Assembly: GCA_021158045.1 (NCBI GenBank)
Contig: JAGGVK010000018.1
Span: 1-49,592 of the forward strand
Reading direction: 5' to 3'
Length of the DNA stretch: 49,592 bases
Origin: a bacterium
GTDB lineage: Bacteria > Patescibacteriota > Minisyncoccia > Minisyncoccales > CG1-02-41-26
Shown here: positions 1-10,059 of the stretch, one piece after another
Position numbering within the stretch: the first letter of the stretch is position 1
Layout of the letters: each line of letters begins with the position of its first letter
The notes under the pieces: generated by a model
What the model was told of the DNA's origin: nothing
Database searches by the model: none
The model's input: only the letters and a program-made list of their open reading frames with translations
Made by a program: the position numbers and the translations under genes

Positions 1-1
1 A

Positions 2-1789
2 GACGCTTCTCAAACAGCAAGCACAAGCCTTGATGTAGGAATTATAAAATCATTTATTTCCACAACTTCTTTTTCAACTTCATCTTTAGAAAGCATATCC
101 TCAACCGCGAAAGATATAAAAGATTGCGCAGGATGTAGCGGGCATTCTTCTTACCGCAAGAGTAAAGTTTTTGCAGACATTCAAGATATTTGCGTTTATC
201 GTCCTCTTCATCCCTCTCCTTCTTCAGTCTGCGACCAAGATGTTATCTGCCCAAGTTCAGCAGATATCCAAAATGAAATTAAAAATTACATAGGCCCTAT
301 TGGAAATAAAATCAAGTATCTTAAAGGACATAATATAGGCGACGCCTCTGGAACTGAGGAAATTGTAGAAAGAGTAAAGGACTATATCCTTTCCACTAGT
401 TCAGATTTGGATTCTTCAACTACAGATTTAAAAAATAAAATTGTTTCTGATGCAGAAAACATTTACAATAACAGTGGCAAATGTGGTAAATGCAGCGACA
501 CCGAGACAATCCAAGAAAAAGCAGAATATATAGAAAAGGAGATAAATTCATTTGCTGATATTGTTTCTAAAATTGCCAATGCTGCCCAAGAACTTGTTAG
601 CATTGCCAAAGCCTATAAAATCAAAGCCAGCAGCGCTGAGGGGAAGATAGAACCAATAAAAAAAGGGTTTGAAGACATTGAAAAGGAATATTTTCTTCTA
701 CAAACATCCTTTTTTGTTTTCTATAATAAAGGAGGCGGCGAACCGGCGCCTGCTTGCGAGCCAGACACCTTAGCAGAAAAAGGCGACAGATTCTCTGCGC
801 ACGATTGCCAAGACTTGGAAGAGCCTGACCTTAGCGGAACTTGCATCACCAGCACTGTGGCTACAACTATTGACTGTTTTATAAACAAATTAAACATTAT
901 AAAAGCAAGCACCACAGACTTGATAAACAAACTTCAAGAAATAAAAAGCGCTGACGACGATATCTCTGACGAAATAAACTCTGAAATAAGCTCTCTTATA
1001 GAGAAAGCTACCGCAGTTTCAAGCACAATTGAGGATATTAAGTCCTTAACTAAAAATAAATTGCAACCCACTCTTAGAAAGGTTGAAAGTGTTTTTAAGG
1101 CTTTTGATTTCCTTGGAACTCTCTGGGATATTGTTAGTCGCCTTATTATTCCTCCTACTATTTCTGTTGATATTGGCACTTGGCACGTTGGTGAAATAGA
1201 AAATCAAAATAATATCTTGAACAATTACCAAAGATTGATGGCATCAACCTCTCAATGCACGAAAGAGTTGACCTTGCCCGAACTTAAAATAACCACTTCA
1301 GAGTCAGACAGCCTGCCTCCTGACACAAGCACTCCTACAAATCCTACACTTTTCAAATGCACTTCTGGAGAATGCACAAATTACAAAGGGGGTAAAACTA
1401 TATTTCCTGATTTGAGTTTGGGTTCAAAGATAATTAAAGGAGCACACTATACAATAAGGAGAGAAATAAGGGAAATAGAGAATATCATCGAAGCAGCAAG
1501 CCCGGAAGAAATGGAGGCATTAAATAAAATCAAAAACAAAGCCTTAAAAATAGGCGGCCAGTCTGGCGCAGATATGTGGATACGATATCTCAGCAAATTG
1601 GTTGTTAATAACGCAAGCCAATCACTTTGCGGACAAAGTTTGTGCTTTGGAATGTTCTGCTATACAGGTATACCTGCTGCTTGCAATTGGTCACCCAGTG
1701 TTTGGTATTGGCTTCTTACTTGGTTGCTCTCTTTCCCTCTTAACTCCGCAGCAGATTATTTAGGGGAAGTTCTTTCTTCTCCTGATTGA
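2..1789 (+). CDS. Cys-containing coiled-coil surface/membrane protein, 5'-truncated by the window edge
   Basis: Frame is open from base 2 (DASQTASTSLDVG...) into the 407..1789 ORF; helical segments, scattered Cys clusters, hydrophobic Trp-rich C-terminus. Confidence 0.7.
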   Translation, partial: DASQTASTSLDVGIIKSFISTTSFSTSSLESISSTAKDIKDCAGCSGHSSYRKSKVFADIQDICVYRPLHPSPSSVCDQDVICPSSADIQNEIKNYIGPIGNKIKYLKGHNIGDASGTEEIVERVKDYILSTSSDLDSSTTDLKNKIVSDAENIYNNSGKCGKCSDTETIQEKAEYIEKEINSFADIVSKIANAAQELVSIAKAYKIKASSAEGKIEPIKKGFEDIEKEYFLLQTSFFVFYNKGGGEPAPACEPDTLAEKGDRFSAHDCQDLEEPDLSGTCITSTVATTIDCFINKLNIIKASTTDLINKLQEIKSADDDISDEINSEISSLIEKATAVSSTIEDIKSLTKNKLQPTLRKVESVFKAFDFLGTLWDIVSRLIIPPTISVDIGTWHVGEIENQNNILNNYQRLMASTSQCTKELTLPELKITTSESDSLPPDTSTPTNPTLFKCTSGECTNYKGGKTIFPDLSLGSKIIKGAHYTIRREIREIENIIEAASPEEMEALNKIKNKALKIGGQSGADMWIRYLSKLVVNNASQSLCGQSLCFGMFCYTGIPAACNWSPSVWYWLLTWLLSFPLNSAADYLGEVLSSPD

Positions 1790-1828
1790 TAACAAAGGGC
1801 AAATAAAATCTTGTGAAAATTCCTTAAA

Positions 1829-3814
1829 ATGCAACCTATAAATTTCAAAAAAAACATAAAAATCGTTTTAGGCTTTCTTATAGCAGCAAACCTTTCTTTT
1901 GCCAGCCTTGGACTGGCAATTCATCTTTCCCACAGTTCTAAAACATTCGCCCAAAGCCCTGTTGACGAGTTTTCTGCCGGCTCTGCGGGCACTTGCTTTG
2001 ACAGCATCCCTATTGGCGAAGCCACTGAAAAAACAGTTGATTTTCTCAATGTTATTTACACAAACCTTCAAACCATCCATCAAATTATTCCCCAGCAAAT
2101 ACAAACGGCAGAAGGCGTTTTAGGGGAAGTAGGCTCCCCAACTTCTTCTTGCTCTTGCGGGCCTGATAAAGTTACGCCTTTCTGCGTTAATTCGCCAATA
2201 ACCATAGCATTAACAGCTACCTGCTTCGGAATACCTGCCTCCTTTAACAGCCAAATCCCTTTTTGCGTCAACAGCGCTTTGTCGTTTGACCTCACTGCTC
2301 TTTTGAAATACCTTTTCCCTCAGTTTTTTCCCGAAAGCGTTCCCTCTCCTTCAGTTAGCCTTCTCGCTAACACTTATTCAGGCAGGCCCTGCCCAAACAT
2401 AGATTTTGACTATGAAATCTTAAAAGACACTTACAACCGCCTTGCCTCTTCTGTTGAAAACATTGAAAATGTTGTTGGCTTGTCAAGGAAGAAAACAGAA
2501 AATGTTACTGATGATATTATGAACCTTGGAGAAAGCACAACTACAAAAATAACCCTCTTGGAATTCATCAAGAGAAAATTAGATATATCAAGGAAAAAGT
2601 TTGACGCTTGCTTCCAAACTGTGCCCCAGCAAAGAGCCGCTTTGAAAGGAGAAATAACATTAAAGCAAGCAATGAAATGCACAGATTCTTTTCCTGGAGG
2701 CGATTATTCGTTTACTGAAGAAAAAATTAAAGAATGCAAAGACAAGATGGTTTGCTTAAATTATCCTACAGAAACAGACGATGAAAAATGCGGAGATATT
2801 AGTTGCAGCGGCACTTATGAGAAAACTGGCATAGAAAGCCCAACTGCTACTCAGGTTTGCTGGACAAAAAAGCCTTTAACAGAAAACAGGTGCCAAAAAA
2901 TGGGGCAATGCAAAGAGCCTAATTGCTCAGATTGCGATTCCCAGCCAACATCAACGCAAGTATACAGTTGCGGGACTTGCTGCTATATCAAGGAGGAAAA
3001 CTGCACAGGAACCAATATGGGCACTTGCACTGTTTATGGCAAAGATAAATATATTGGCTATATGTATTACACAACAGGAACAGAATCTATAACTGACACT
3101 AACTGGTGGAAAGCAGGAAAAATATATTGCACAGGCGATTCTTGCGGCGCCGAGGGGACATATACAAAGAATCCAAGCGAAGACGCAACAATAGCCACTT
3201 GCGGAGTATGCCAATACGCTGACCCCAATGATTCTCCAACGCCTGACCGGTCAAAAGCCGTATGCAAAAACTATCCGGACAACACATCTTGTGGAATATG
3301 TAAGGTATGTAAAAGCGGAGAGTGTTCTCCTATAAAGAGAAGATATTACCAAGTGGTAGCGTCAGATTCCCCACACGAAAATTGCAAAGAGACACCCGTA
3401 CCTGAAGAGGGAGATGTTCGTTATTTAGGATGTTCGGATTGTCCGCAAAAAACGTTTACCTACACCACTGGTAAGGACACAAGTTCTGAGATGAATTATA
3501 CGATTTTCTACGGATGCTATAATGGCAGGTGTTTAAATAAAGAAGATATTGGCTATTACTGGTCAAACCGTGGTACTGACCGTGGCTACAGCTGTAATAC
3601 TCTCTGCCAAAACCATAATTTCGAAGGCGCTCTTTATGGGATTATTGTAGATAACGTGTTCAGAGTAAAAAGATATATTGGACCTGATAATGAGATGCCT
3701 GATGGTAGCAGCGTTTATGCTTATAGGACTATAAAAGGACAAAAAGAGTATGCTTTAAACTGCGGGTGGACAAACTGGTTCACTTTCTGCGTTTGTGTTA
3801 AGGAACCAGATTAG
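1829..3814 (+). CDS. Cys-rich secreted/membrane-anchored protein (CPR surface type)
   Basis: Basic N-terminus plus hydrophobic segment, helical region, then many CxxC/CC motifs in the C-terminal half. Confidence 0.75.
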   Translation: MQPINFKKNIKIVLGFLIAANLSFASLGLAIHLSHSSKTFAQSPVDEFSAGSAGTCFDSIPIGEATEKTVDFLNVIYTNLQTIHQIIPQQIQTAEGVLGEVGSPTSSCSCGPDKVTPFCVNSPITIALTATCFGIPASFNSQIPFCVNSALSFDLTALLKYLFPQFFPESVPSPSVSLLANTYSGRPCPNIDFDYEILKDTYNRLASSVENIENVVGLSRKKTENVTDDIMNLGESTTTKITLLEFIKRKLDISRKKFDACFQTVPQQRAALKGEITLKQAMKCTDSFPGGDYSFTEEKIKECKDKMVCLNYPTETDDEKCGDISCSGTYEKTGIESPTATQVCWTKKPLTENRCQKMGQCKEPNCSDCDSQPTSTQVYSCGTCCYIKEENCTGTNMGTCTVYGKDKYIGYMYYTTGTESITDTNWWKAGKIYCTGDSCGAEGTYTKNPSEDATIATCGVCQYADPNDSPTPDRSKAVCKNYPDNTSCGICKVCKSGECSPIKRRYYQVVASDSPHENCKETPVPEEGDVRYLGCSDCPQKTFTYTTGKDTSSEMNYTIFYGCYNGRCLNKEDIGYYWSNRGTDRGYSCNTLCQNHNFEGALYGIIVDNVFRVKRYIGPDNEMPDGSSVYAYRTIKGQKEYALNCGWTNWFTFCVCVKEPD

Positions 3815-3835
3815 ATTATTTAGCGCACTGGAGAA

Positions 3836-4260
3836 CATTATCAACGAGACCCGGACTCGTTGTTACTTGTTGTTATTCTGAGCCGTTAGGCGAAGAATCC
3901 CCCCCATCAAAATGCAAATCTCAAATCTCAAATCTCAAAATGACATCCCTTTTTTGTCATTGCGAGGAGTCCTGTGATAAGCACTTTCCTTTTTGTCATT
4001 GCGAGGAGGACCGCCGAAGACGGGACGACGCGGCAATCTCAGGATTCTTTGTCATTTGTTTTACTTGGAATGATTACCAACTGCCATTCTGAGCCGTTAG
4101 GCGAAGAACCCCAGTAAAATCTCAAATCTCAAATCTCAAAATCACATCTCAAAATTCAAAATTACAATTCAAAATTCAAAATTCAAAACCAGAAAATGCA
4201 AATCTCAAATCTCAAATCTCAAAATGTGTTATCAACGAGACCCGGACTCGTTGTCATTCA
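3836..4260. repeat. Mosaic intergenic repeat cluster A
   Basis: Two copies each of caacgagacccggactcgttg, ttctgagccgttaggcgaagaa and tgtcattgcgaggag, plus (aaatctc)n/(aaattca)n heptamer arrays. Confidence 0.9.
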
Positions 4261-4322
4261 ATCCAAAATTAGTAGCCGCTGGGTTGTTGGAGATTTTGAA
4301 TTTTTAGTTTATAATATATAGT

Positions 4323-4670
4323 ATGAACAAATCATCAGCTTTGGCTTTGACAATTATTTTCCTAATAAGCGTCTCTTTAAGTTTTCCCTTGTGCAATCTT
4401 TGGAGGAAGCACTCTTTTGCTGCGCCTGCTTTTCTTCACCCTAAAGCATTTTCCAAAACAACTCATCAAGTTTCAAAACAAGGCAAAATTCCTGAAAATG
4501 TTTTCTTTTCTATTCCTTATGCCCAAGCCCAAATAGGCACTAGCCCCCCTCTTGAAAGTTTAAACCGGCCCTTGGAACCTTGGGAAAAAGATTTTCTAAA
4601 ATGCCTTTGCGGAGGATATAGATTAAACTGGGTTTGCTGCCATGTTTACAACCAGTTTATTCCTGAGTAA
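4323..4670 (+). CDS. Small secreted protein with C-terminal Cys motif (CLCGG...NWVCCH)
   Basis: Signal-like hydrophobic N-terminus; TATAAT just upstream at 4310-4315. Confidence 0.55.
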   Translation: MNKSSALALTIIFLISVSLSFPLCNLWRKHSFAAPAFLHPKAFSKTTHQVSKQGKIPENVFFSIPYAQAQIGTSPPLESLNRPLEPWEKDFLKCLCGGYRLNWVCCHVYNQFIPE

Positions 4671-4718
4671 TATTGTTCTTCAGAATTGCATAATTAAAAA
4701 TTCAATTGGTTAGCAACT

Positions 4719-6221
4719 ATGTTAATAAACCCAATAAAGAAAAACAAAAAAATAATTTTTCTCTTTTTAATAGCAATTTTTTTTGCTATTTTTACAACAA
4801 ATTTTGTTTTTGCCCAAGGGCTTGAAGTCCACTACCCTTCAATACCCTCAGAAAAGGGCGAAATCACTATCACTGCCACCTCAACTGCTCCCCAATACAT
4901 TAAATATATTTTCAATTTTTCTTTAATTATCGGGGCAATTATTGCTTTTGGCGCTTTGGTTTACGCTGGATTTATTTTTCTGACATCAACCGGCAAACCT
5001 GCCTTATTAAACGAAGCCAAAGACAGAATTTTCAGCGCTGTTTTAGGACTGGCGATATTGCTCGGTTCTTTTGTTATTTTAAACACTGTAAATCCTCGCC
5101 TTACTGTGCTCAAAGTTAGAAAGGTAAAACTCCCTTACCAAGGCATACTGCTAAAAGATACAGCAAGTGGAAAGGAAAAAGTGTTTTTCACAAGCGTAAG
5201 CGACTTTGGAGATTTTGAACCTTCTGAATATAAATTTCTTTCTCCGCGAGACAAAATAGAGGTTACTCTTTATTCTGGACTTAATTTCAGCGGCACAAGC
5301 ACAAATCTTATATATTATAACGGCGATACTCTTAAGTTGCTTTCAGATGTATATCGTGCAGGTATGGATAGGGCTTATTCTATGAAAATAAAAGGCATAG
5401 GCCCAGGAGTTTATTTATATAAAGAAACAGATGGAAATTTAATAGAGTTTGGCCCAGTTACCGAGCCAATACCTGACCTTAGTTTTTATGATTTTTCCAA
5501 TCCAACAAAAATAAGAATAAAAAATGGGCCAGGAACAAATTTCTTATCTATTCTTTACAACAAAAAAAATTTCTGGGGAAAAGATAAAGGAGCAAGAGTA
5601 TTTTTCCAAAGGCAAAGAGTGCCTGGAGGAGATTGTAATCCTACCTCAACATGCGATGGCTCTTTTGGCTCTTTAGTCACTTCTGGCTGCGGATACAGAG
5701 GCATAGGTCCTTACCTTAATAGCGGCGCTGCTTCTACTTCCACTTGCGGAAATATTGCCACTTCTACACAAATGGTAGACATTAATAAACAAGACAGATA
5801 TGGAGAATTAGGAGGGACTTCCCTTTCTTTAGGTATTGCGCAATTAGACACAAGTTCTGAAGCAACTTGCACAGTTACCCTCTACAAAAAAGTAAACTAC
5901 GAAGCCTCCACAACTGCTAATGAAAAATGCGAAATACACAAATTTATTTTTGAGCCAGAAGCCATTGATAAAGAAGATATATGCGGAGATGATTGGAACG
6001 ACAATGTGCTGTCAATGGAAATAAAAGGCAGGTGCCTTGTCCTTTTATTTGAAAACAGAAGAGACAACTGTAAACTTATAAGACCTTATTATTGCTGGTC
6101 AAGTTACGGAAGCCGGGCAGGTCCAGGAATAACAAACGCTTTTGTTAGTGATGTTCCTGACCTTCGCGCATATCCTATTAAAAAGGAAGCCACAAGCATT
6201 GCCATTTATCCTTATAAATAA
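4719..6221 (+). CDS. CPR TrbC/VirB2-like pilin fused to beta/gamma-crystallin-like domains
   Basis: Signal peptide (VFAQ); pilin motif YIFNFSL..G.IIAFGALVYAG..LTS.G.P....EAKDRI...LGL.ILL.S..ILNTVNP; C-terminal VTLYSGLNFSG, ILYNKKNFWG, TLYKKVNY, WNDNVLSMEIKG. Confidence 0.75.
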   Translation: MLINPIKKNKKIIFLFLIAIFFAIFTTNFVFAQGLEVHYPSIPSEKGEITITATSTAPQYIKYIFNFSLIIGAIIAFGALVYAGFIFLTSTGKPALLNEAKDRIFSAVLGLAILLGSFVILNTVNPRLTVLKVRKVKLPYQGILLKDTASGKEKVFFTSVSDFGDFEPSEYKFLSPRDKIEVTLYSGLNFSGTSTNLIYYNGDTLKLLSDVYRAGMDRAYSMKIKGIGPGVYLYKETDGNLIEFGPVTEPIPDLSFYDFSNPTKIRIKNGPGTNFLSILYNKKNFWGKDKGARVFFQRQRVPGGDCNPTSTCDGSFGSLVTSGCGYRGIGPYLNSGAASTSTCGNIATSTQMVDINKQDRYGELGGTSLSLGIAQLDTSSEATCTVTLYKKVNYEASTTANEKCEIHKFIFEPEAIDKEDICGDDWNDNVLSMEIKGRCLVLLFENRRDNCKLIRPYYCWSSYGSRAGPGITNAFVSDVPDLRAYPIKKEATSIAIYPYK

Positions 6222-6252
6222 TAAATAGAAATTGCGCTTCTAAAATAAAATT

Positions 6253-6277
6253 AAACCGCGTTGAGAGCGCGGTTTTT
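6253..6277. terminator. Probable intrinsic terminator between convergent pilin and jag
   Basis: aaaccgcg-ttgagag-cgcggttttt hairpin. Confidence 0.7.
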
Positions 6278-6304
6278 AGTTTAGGTTTTTAATTCCAGTA
6301 AATT

Positions 6305-6760
6305 TCAAGCCGGCTTTATAACAACCCTTCTTTCAAATCTCTCGCCTATGCTTTCTGTTTTAACATCTTCTCTTTTTAATAATTCTAAATGTATAATTCT
6401 CCTTTCATAAGCAGGCATTGGTTGGAGCATCTTCTCTTTTTTGCTCAAGGAAACTTCGTCAGCCAAATTCCTTGCTAATTCTTTTAAGTAGTCAATTTTC
6501 TTTTTCTTATAATCGTTTATATCCAAATCAACAAAAAAATCGCCAACATTTTTCCTTAAAATTTTCCTTAAAAGCGTTTGCAGAACAAAAAGAGTTTCCC
6601 CGCCCTTGCCAATTAAAATTTGAGGCTCGTTCACTCTTAGAGAAATCCCCATAACCTTTTCGTCCTTGGGCTTAATTTCAATGTCGCAACTAATGCCCGC
6701 TTTTTCAAAAAACTCTTCTAAAATATTTTTTGTCTGCTTAATTATTTCTTTGTTAAACAT
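6305..6760 (-). CDS. jag: Jag/KhpB (EloR) RNA-binding protein, KH + R3H
   Basis: ILIGKGGETL (KH GxxG), PMPAYERRIIH (R3H); canonical position next to yidC. Confidence 0.92.
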   Translation of the reverse strand: MFNKEIIKQTKNILEEFFEKAGISCDIEIKPKDEKVMGISLRVNEPQILIGKGGETLFVLQTLLRKILRKNVGDFFVDLDINDYKKKKIDYLKELARNLADEVSLSKKEKMLQPMPAYERRIIHLELLKREDVKTESIGERFERRVVIKPA

Positions 6761-6769
6761 ATTTTCAAA

Positions 6770-7486
6770 TTAATTAACTCTGCCGTACTTCTTGTTTACT
6801 ATAACACTTTCTGCAATAGAAAACAATGTGCTGCAAACCCAATACAAGCCAATAATAGAGCCGAATTTCCAAACAATAAAAACTGTCAGCATTGGAAAGA
6901 AATAAAGCATTTGCGACTGGAACGCGCGAGAAAGTTCGCTTCCCTTGCCATCTCCTTTATTTTGCTTCCCTTGCATAATTTTTGTTTGAACATACTGCAA
7001 AACCCCTGCTAAAATAGCAAGAGCCAGACTTCCTTTTGAAAGATTGAGTATGCCAAATAATGTTGGCTTAATTGCTCCTGGGGGAGGAACAAAGGAGTAA
7101 AGAGTAGCTGAGATTACTTTGGGGTTTAAGCCTTTCAAAAACACATTATAGAGGGCTATAAAAACTGGCAATTGCACAAAAAGAGGCAAAATGCCAGAAA
7201 AAGGATTTATTTTCTCTTTCTTGTAAAGCGCCATCAATTCTCTTGACTGCTCAACTGATGTCTTATATTTTTTCTGAATCTCCTTAATTTTGGGTTGAAG
7301 GCGAGCCATTATTTTCTGGTTTTTTAAAGAATGAACAGAAAGGGGAAAAAGCAAAGTTCTTATTATCAAAGTCAAAATAACTACAGCCAACCCAAAATCA
7401 TGTCCGGGAAAATATTCATAAATCAAAATAAGAGCATTGAAAAGGGGCTTGTATAAAGCGATATTAAAAAAAGTTACAATCCACAT
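6770..7486 (-). CDS. yidC: Membrane protein insertase YidC (short form)
   Basis: FGLAVVILTLIIR.LL.PL, LQPKIKEIQKKY, INPFSG.LPLFVQLPVFIALY, LYW. Confidence 0.95.
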   Translation of the reverse strand: MWIVTFFNIALYKPLFNALILIYEYFPGHDFGLAVVILTLIIRTLLFPLSVHSLKNQKIMARLQPKIKEIQKKYKTSVEQSRELMALYKKEKINPFSGILPLFVQLPVFIALYNVFLKGLNPKVISATLYSFVPPPGAIKPTLFGILNLSKGSLALAILAGVLQYVQTKIMQGKQNKGDGKGSELSRAFQSQMLYFFPMLTVFIVWKFGSIIGLYWVCSTLFSIAESVIVNKKYGRVN

Positions 7487-7506
7487 AAATAAGTTTTTTG
7501 ATTTTC

Positions 7507-7839
7507 TTAATAAAGTCCTGCTTTCTTTAAGATTTTATCAATCTCTCTTAAAATTTCTTCAAATTTTTTCTCTTTAATTTTCGGTTTCGCAAAAAAAATA
7601 AAATCGTAACCCTTTCCTTCTTTTACGACTCTTCTAACAGCCTCCCTTAGCCTTTTTTTTATCTTATTCCTTTTCACTGCTTTTCTTTCAACCTTCTTAC
7701 TAACAACGCAGCTAACCCTAAAATAATTCAGGCGGTTTTCGGCGAATTTTAAAGCCAAAAAATCACCTCTAATATTCTTTCCATTCTTTTGAATTCCCTT
7801 AAAATCCTTCTTTTTAATCCTTTTTATTTTTACTGCCAC
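7507..7839 (-). CDS. rnpA: RNase P protein component (probable GTG start at 7839)
   Basis: VVSKKV..KAVKRNKIKKRLRE motif; between rpmH and yidC. Confidence 0.93.
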   Translation of the reverse strand: MAVKIKRIKKKDFKGIQKNGKNIRGDFLALKFAENRLNYFRVSCVVSKKVERKAVKRNKIKKRLREAVRRVVKEGKGYDFIFFAKPKIKEKKFEEILREIDKILKKAGLY

Positions 7840-7932
7840 AGCATTATTAGAGAGCAGAATTAAATAAAGCAACTTGGCTCAAACTCTGCTCCTTTTGAAT
7901 CAATCTCTTAAAAAATAGACTTTCATTAAACA

Positions 7933-8067
7933 TCAAACTGACAATTTTTTTCTTCCTTTTTTTCTTCTTCGAGCAACAATTTTCTGGCCGCTTTTCGTGC
8001 TCATTCTCTTTAGGAAACCGTGCTTTCTTTTCCTTTTTTTCTTTTTAGGATGATAGGTGATACTCAT
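7933..8067 (-). CDS. rpmH: 50S ribosomal protein L34 (missed by ORF track)
   Basis: Manual translation [44 protein letters not shown]. Confidence 0.97.
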   Translation of the reverse strand: MSITYHPKKKKRKRKHGFLKRMSTKSGQKIVARRRKKGRKKLSV

Positions 8068-8111
8068 ATAAGAATATTATTATCTTTTTTTCTTTCTATG
8101 TCAACAACACT

Positions 8112-8195
8112 TTTTGTCATTGCGAGGAAGGAGCGAAGCGACTCTTTCTCCTCTGTCATTGCGAGGAAGGAGCGAAGCGACTGACGAAGCAATCT
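8112..8195. repeat. Tandem tgtcattgcgaggaaggagcgaagcgac palindromic-type repeat in the rpmH-dnaA spacer
   Basis: Two tandem copies; 8154-8194 is the reverse complement of ~25235-25275. Confidence 0.85.
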
Positions 8196-8444
8196 TGAAT
8201 TCTAATATACGCAGATATATGTTTAAATTAAGATATTGGACAACACAAAGCCCAAACATCTCCATTCCTATTTTCACAAATTATCCACAGTTTTTAAACA
8301 AGCAAGCGTTCTTCTTGATTTTTCAAGGCATTTGCTATAGTCTATGTTCTAGAGGATAATATAAAAAGGCTTTTATCTCAGTTTTTAACTTTTAGAAACA
8401 AACTTCGTTTTATATATTTGGCTTATAAGTTTCAGCCACAATTT
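8196..8444. promoter_or_regulatory. dnaA upstream region / candidate oriC part
   Basis: Perfect DnaA box TTATCCACA at 8281-8289 in the rpmH-dnaA divergent spacer. Confidence 0.6.
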
Positions 8445-9818
8445 ATGACCAACGAAGAACTCTGGCAAGCAGTGCTTGCTCAAATCCAATTTCACTTATC
8501 CAAGGCGAATTTTTCCACCTGGTTCCGAAATACAAAAATCGTTTCTAAAAAAAACAACGAGATTACTGTTTCTGTGCCCAATGCTTTCTCTAAAGAATGG
8601 TTAGAAAAAAAATACAACAATCTCATACTTAAAGTTTTAAGAACAATAGATAAAAAAATAAGAAGAATTAATTATATCGTTAAAACAAAAGAACCTGAAT
8701 TAAAGGTAAAAACAAAAACAAAACTATCAAAAGAAGAAGAAAAAATAAAAACAAGCCAATTAAAACTTGAGAATTTTAAAATTAACCAAAAAACAAACCT
8801 TAACCCAAAATATACTTTTGACAATTTTATTGTTGGCGGCTTTAATGAATTAGCAAGAGCAGCGGCTTGGGCTATTTCTGAAAACCCTGGAATGGTTTAC
8901 AACCCCTTATTCATTTATGGCGGCGTTGGATTAGGGAAAACCCATCTTTTAGAAGCTACAGGGAATAGAATTTTAAAAAGAAACCAAAAAGCAAATATAC
9001 AATATATTCCTTCAGACAGATTTATTTCAAGCATAGTGCAAAGCATACAAAATCACACTATTGAGGACTTCAAAGGAAAACTCAGAAAACTTGATGTTTT
9101 GATTGTTGATGATATTCAATTTTTTAGCGGCAAAGAAAAAACCCAGGAGGTGTTTTTCCATATATTTAATGAGCTTTATGAAAAAAATAAACAAATAATC
9201 CTCTCTTCCGACAAGCCTCCAAAAGCCATTCCTGCTTTAGAGGAAAGGTTAAGGTCGAGGTTTGAAGGAGGAATGATTGCTGACATAGGATTGCCGGATA
9301 TCGAAACACGTATTGCTATTTTAAAATCAAAATGTGGAGAAAATAATATAAACTTGCCCCAGGAAGTGCTGGAGTACATTGCCACAAACATCCAAAAGAA
9401 TATCAGGGAGTTAGAAGGCGCCTTAAACAGAATAATAACTTTCGAGAGAATAAATAATATAACTCCAGACCTAAAAACTACAAAGAAACTTCTCAGAAAT
9501 TTAATAGCCTCACCTTCGCGAATAACGAGCTGGAAAAAAATTTTACAAACAGTTTCTGATTTTTATAATTTGAAAAGCAATACTCTTTTAGAGAAAAGCC
9601 GCCGGAAAGAAATTGTTAAAGCCCGCCAGATAGCTATGTATTTAGCAAGAGAAGAATTAAAGGAATCTTATCCATCTATAGGTAGGAAATTTGCCCAAAA
9701 AGACCATACAACTGTTATGTACGCATGCAAAAAAATATCGCAGCAGTTAGATGTAGACGATAATTTGGTAACTGAATTAAATTTAATTAAACAAAGGATT
9801 TACAATATATTAATCTAA
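8445..9818 (+). CDS. dnaA: Chromosomal replication initiator DnaA (ATG at 8445)
   Basis: YNPLFIYGGVGLGKTHL, DDIQF, QEVFFHIFN, LRSRFEGG, RELEGAL, KDHTTV. Confidence 0.99.
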   Translation: MTNEELWQAVLAQIQFHLSKANFSTWFRNTKIVSKKNNEITVSVPNAFSKEWLEKKYNNLILKVLRTIDKKIRRINYIVKTKEPELKVKTKTKLSKEEEKIKTSQLKLENFKINQKTNLNPKYTFDNFIVGGFNELARAAAWAISENPGMVYNPLFIYGGVGLGKTHLLEATGNRILKRNQKANIQYIPSDRFISSIVQSIQNHTIEDFKGKLRKLDVLIVDDIQFFSGKEKTQEVFFHIFNELYEKNKQIILSSDKPPKAIPALEERLRSRFEGGMIADIGLPDIETRIAILKSKCGENNINLPQEVLEYIATNIQKNIRELEGALNRIITFERINNITPDLKTTKKLLRNLIASPSRITSWKKILQTVSDFYNLKSNTLLEKSRRKEIVKARQIAMYLAREELKESYPSIGRKFAQKDHTTVMYACKKISQQLDVDDNLVTELNLIKQRIYNILI

Positions 9819-10059
9819 AAATAAAAAGCTGAGGAAAAAAGGTTAAAAAACTGTGATTATCTTCTTTAAAAAATGGTATAAATATAATGGAAGAAATATT
9901 AAAAACCTCCATTCCTTTTTTCTCCAAAATTTATTAACAGAAAATTAACAAAAAAGAAAAAAAGAAAACGTTTAAATTATTAATTATTTGACACCCTTCC
10001 ACTTTTATTTACTTTCTCTTAATAATAATCTAAAATTAATAATATATAATATTAAATTT
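9819..10059. promoter_or_regulatory. AT-rich dnaA-dnaN spacer, candidate oriC/unwinding element
   Basis: Extremely AT-rich, only degenerate DnaA boxes; the + strand looks C-rich to the left and G-rich to the right of this neighbourhood (by eye). Confidence 0.45.

Noticed and set aside
1829..3814. DGR target with a variable C-terminus
   Set aside because: No reverse transcriptase and no template/variable repeat pair differing at adenines seen in the window
3836..4260. Repeat clusters as CRISPR arrays
   Set aside because: No constant repeat with unique equal-length spacers; units are tandem heptamers and palindromes dispersed at many loci
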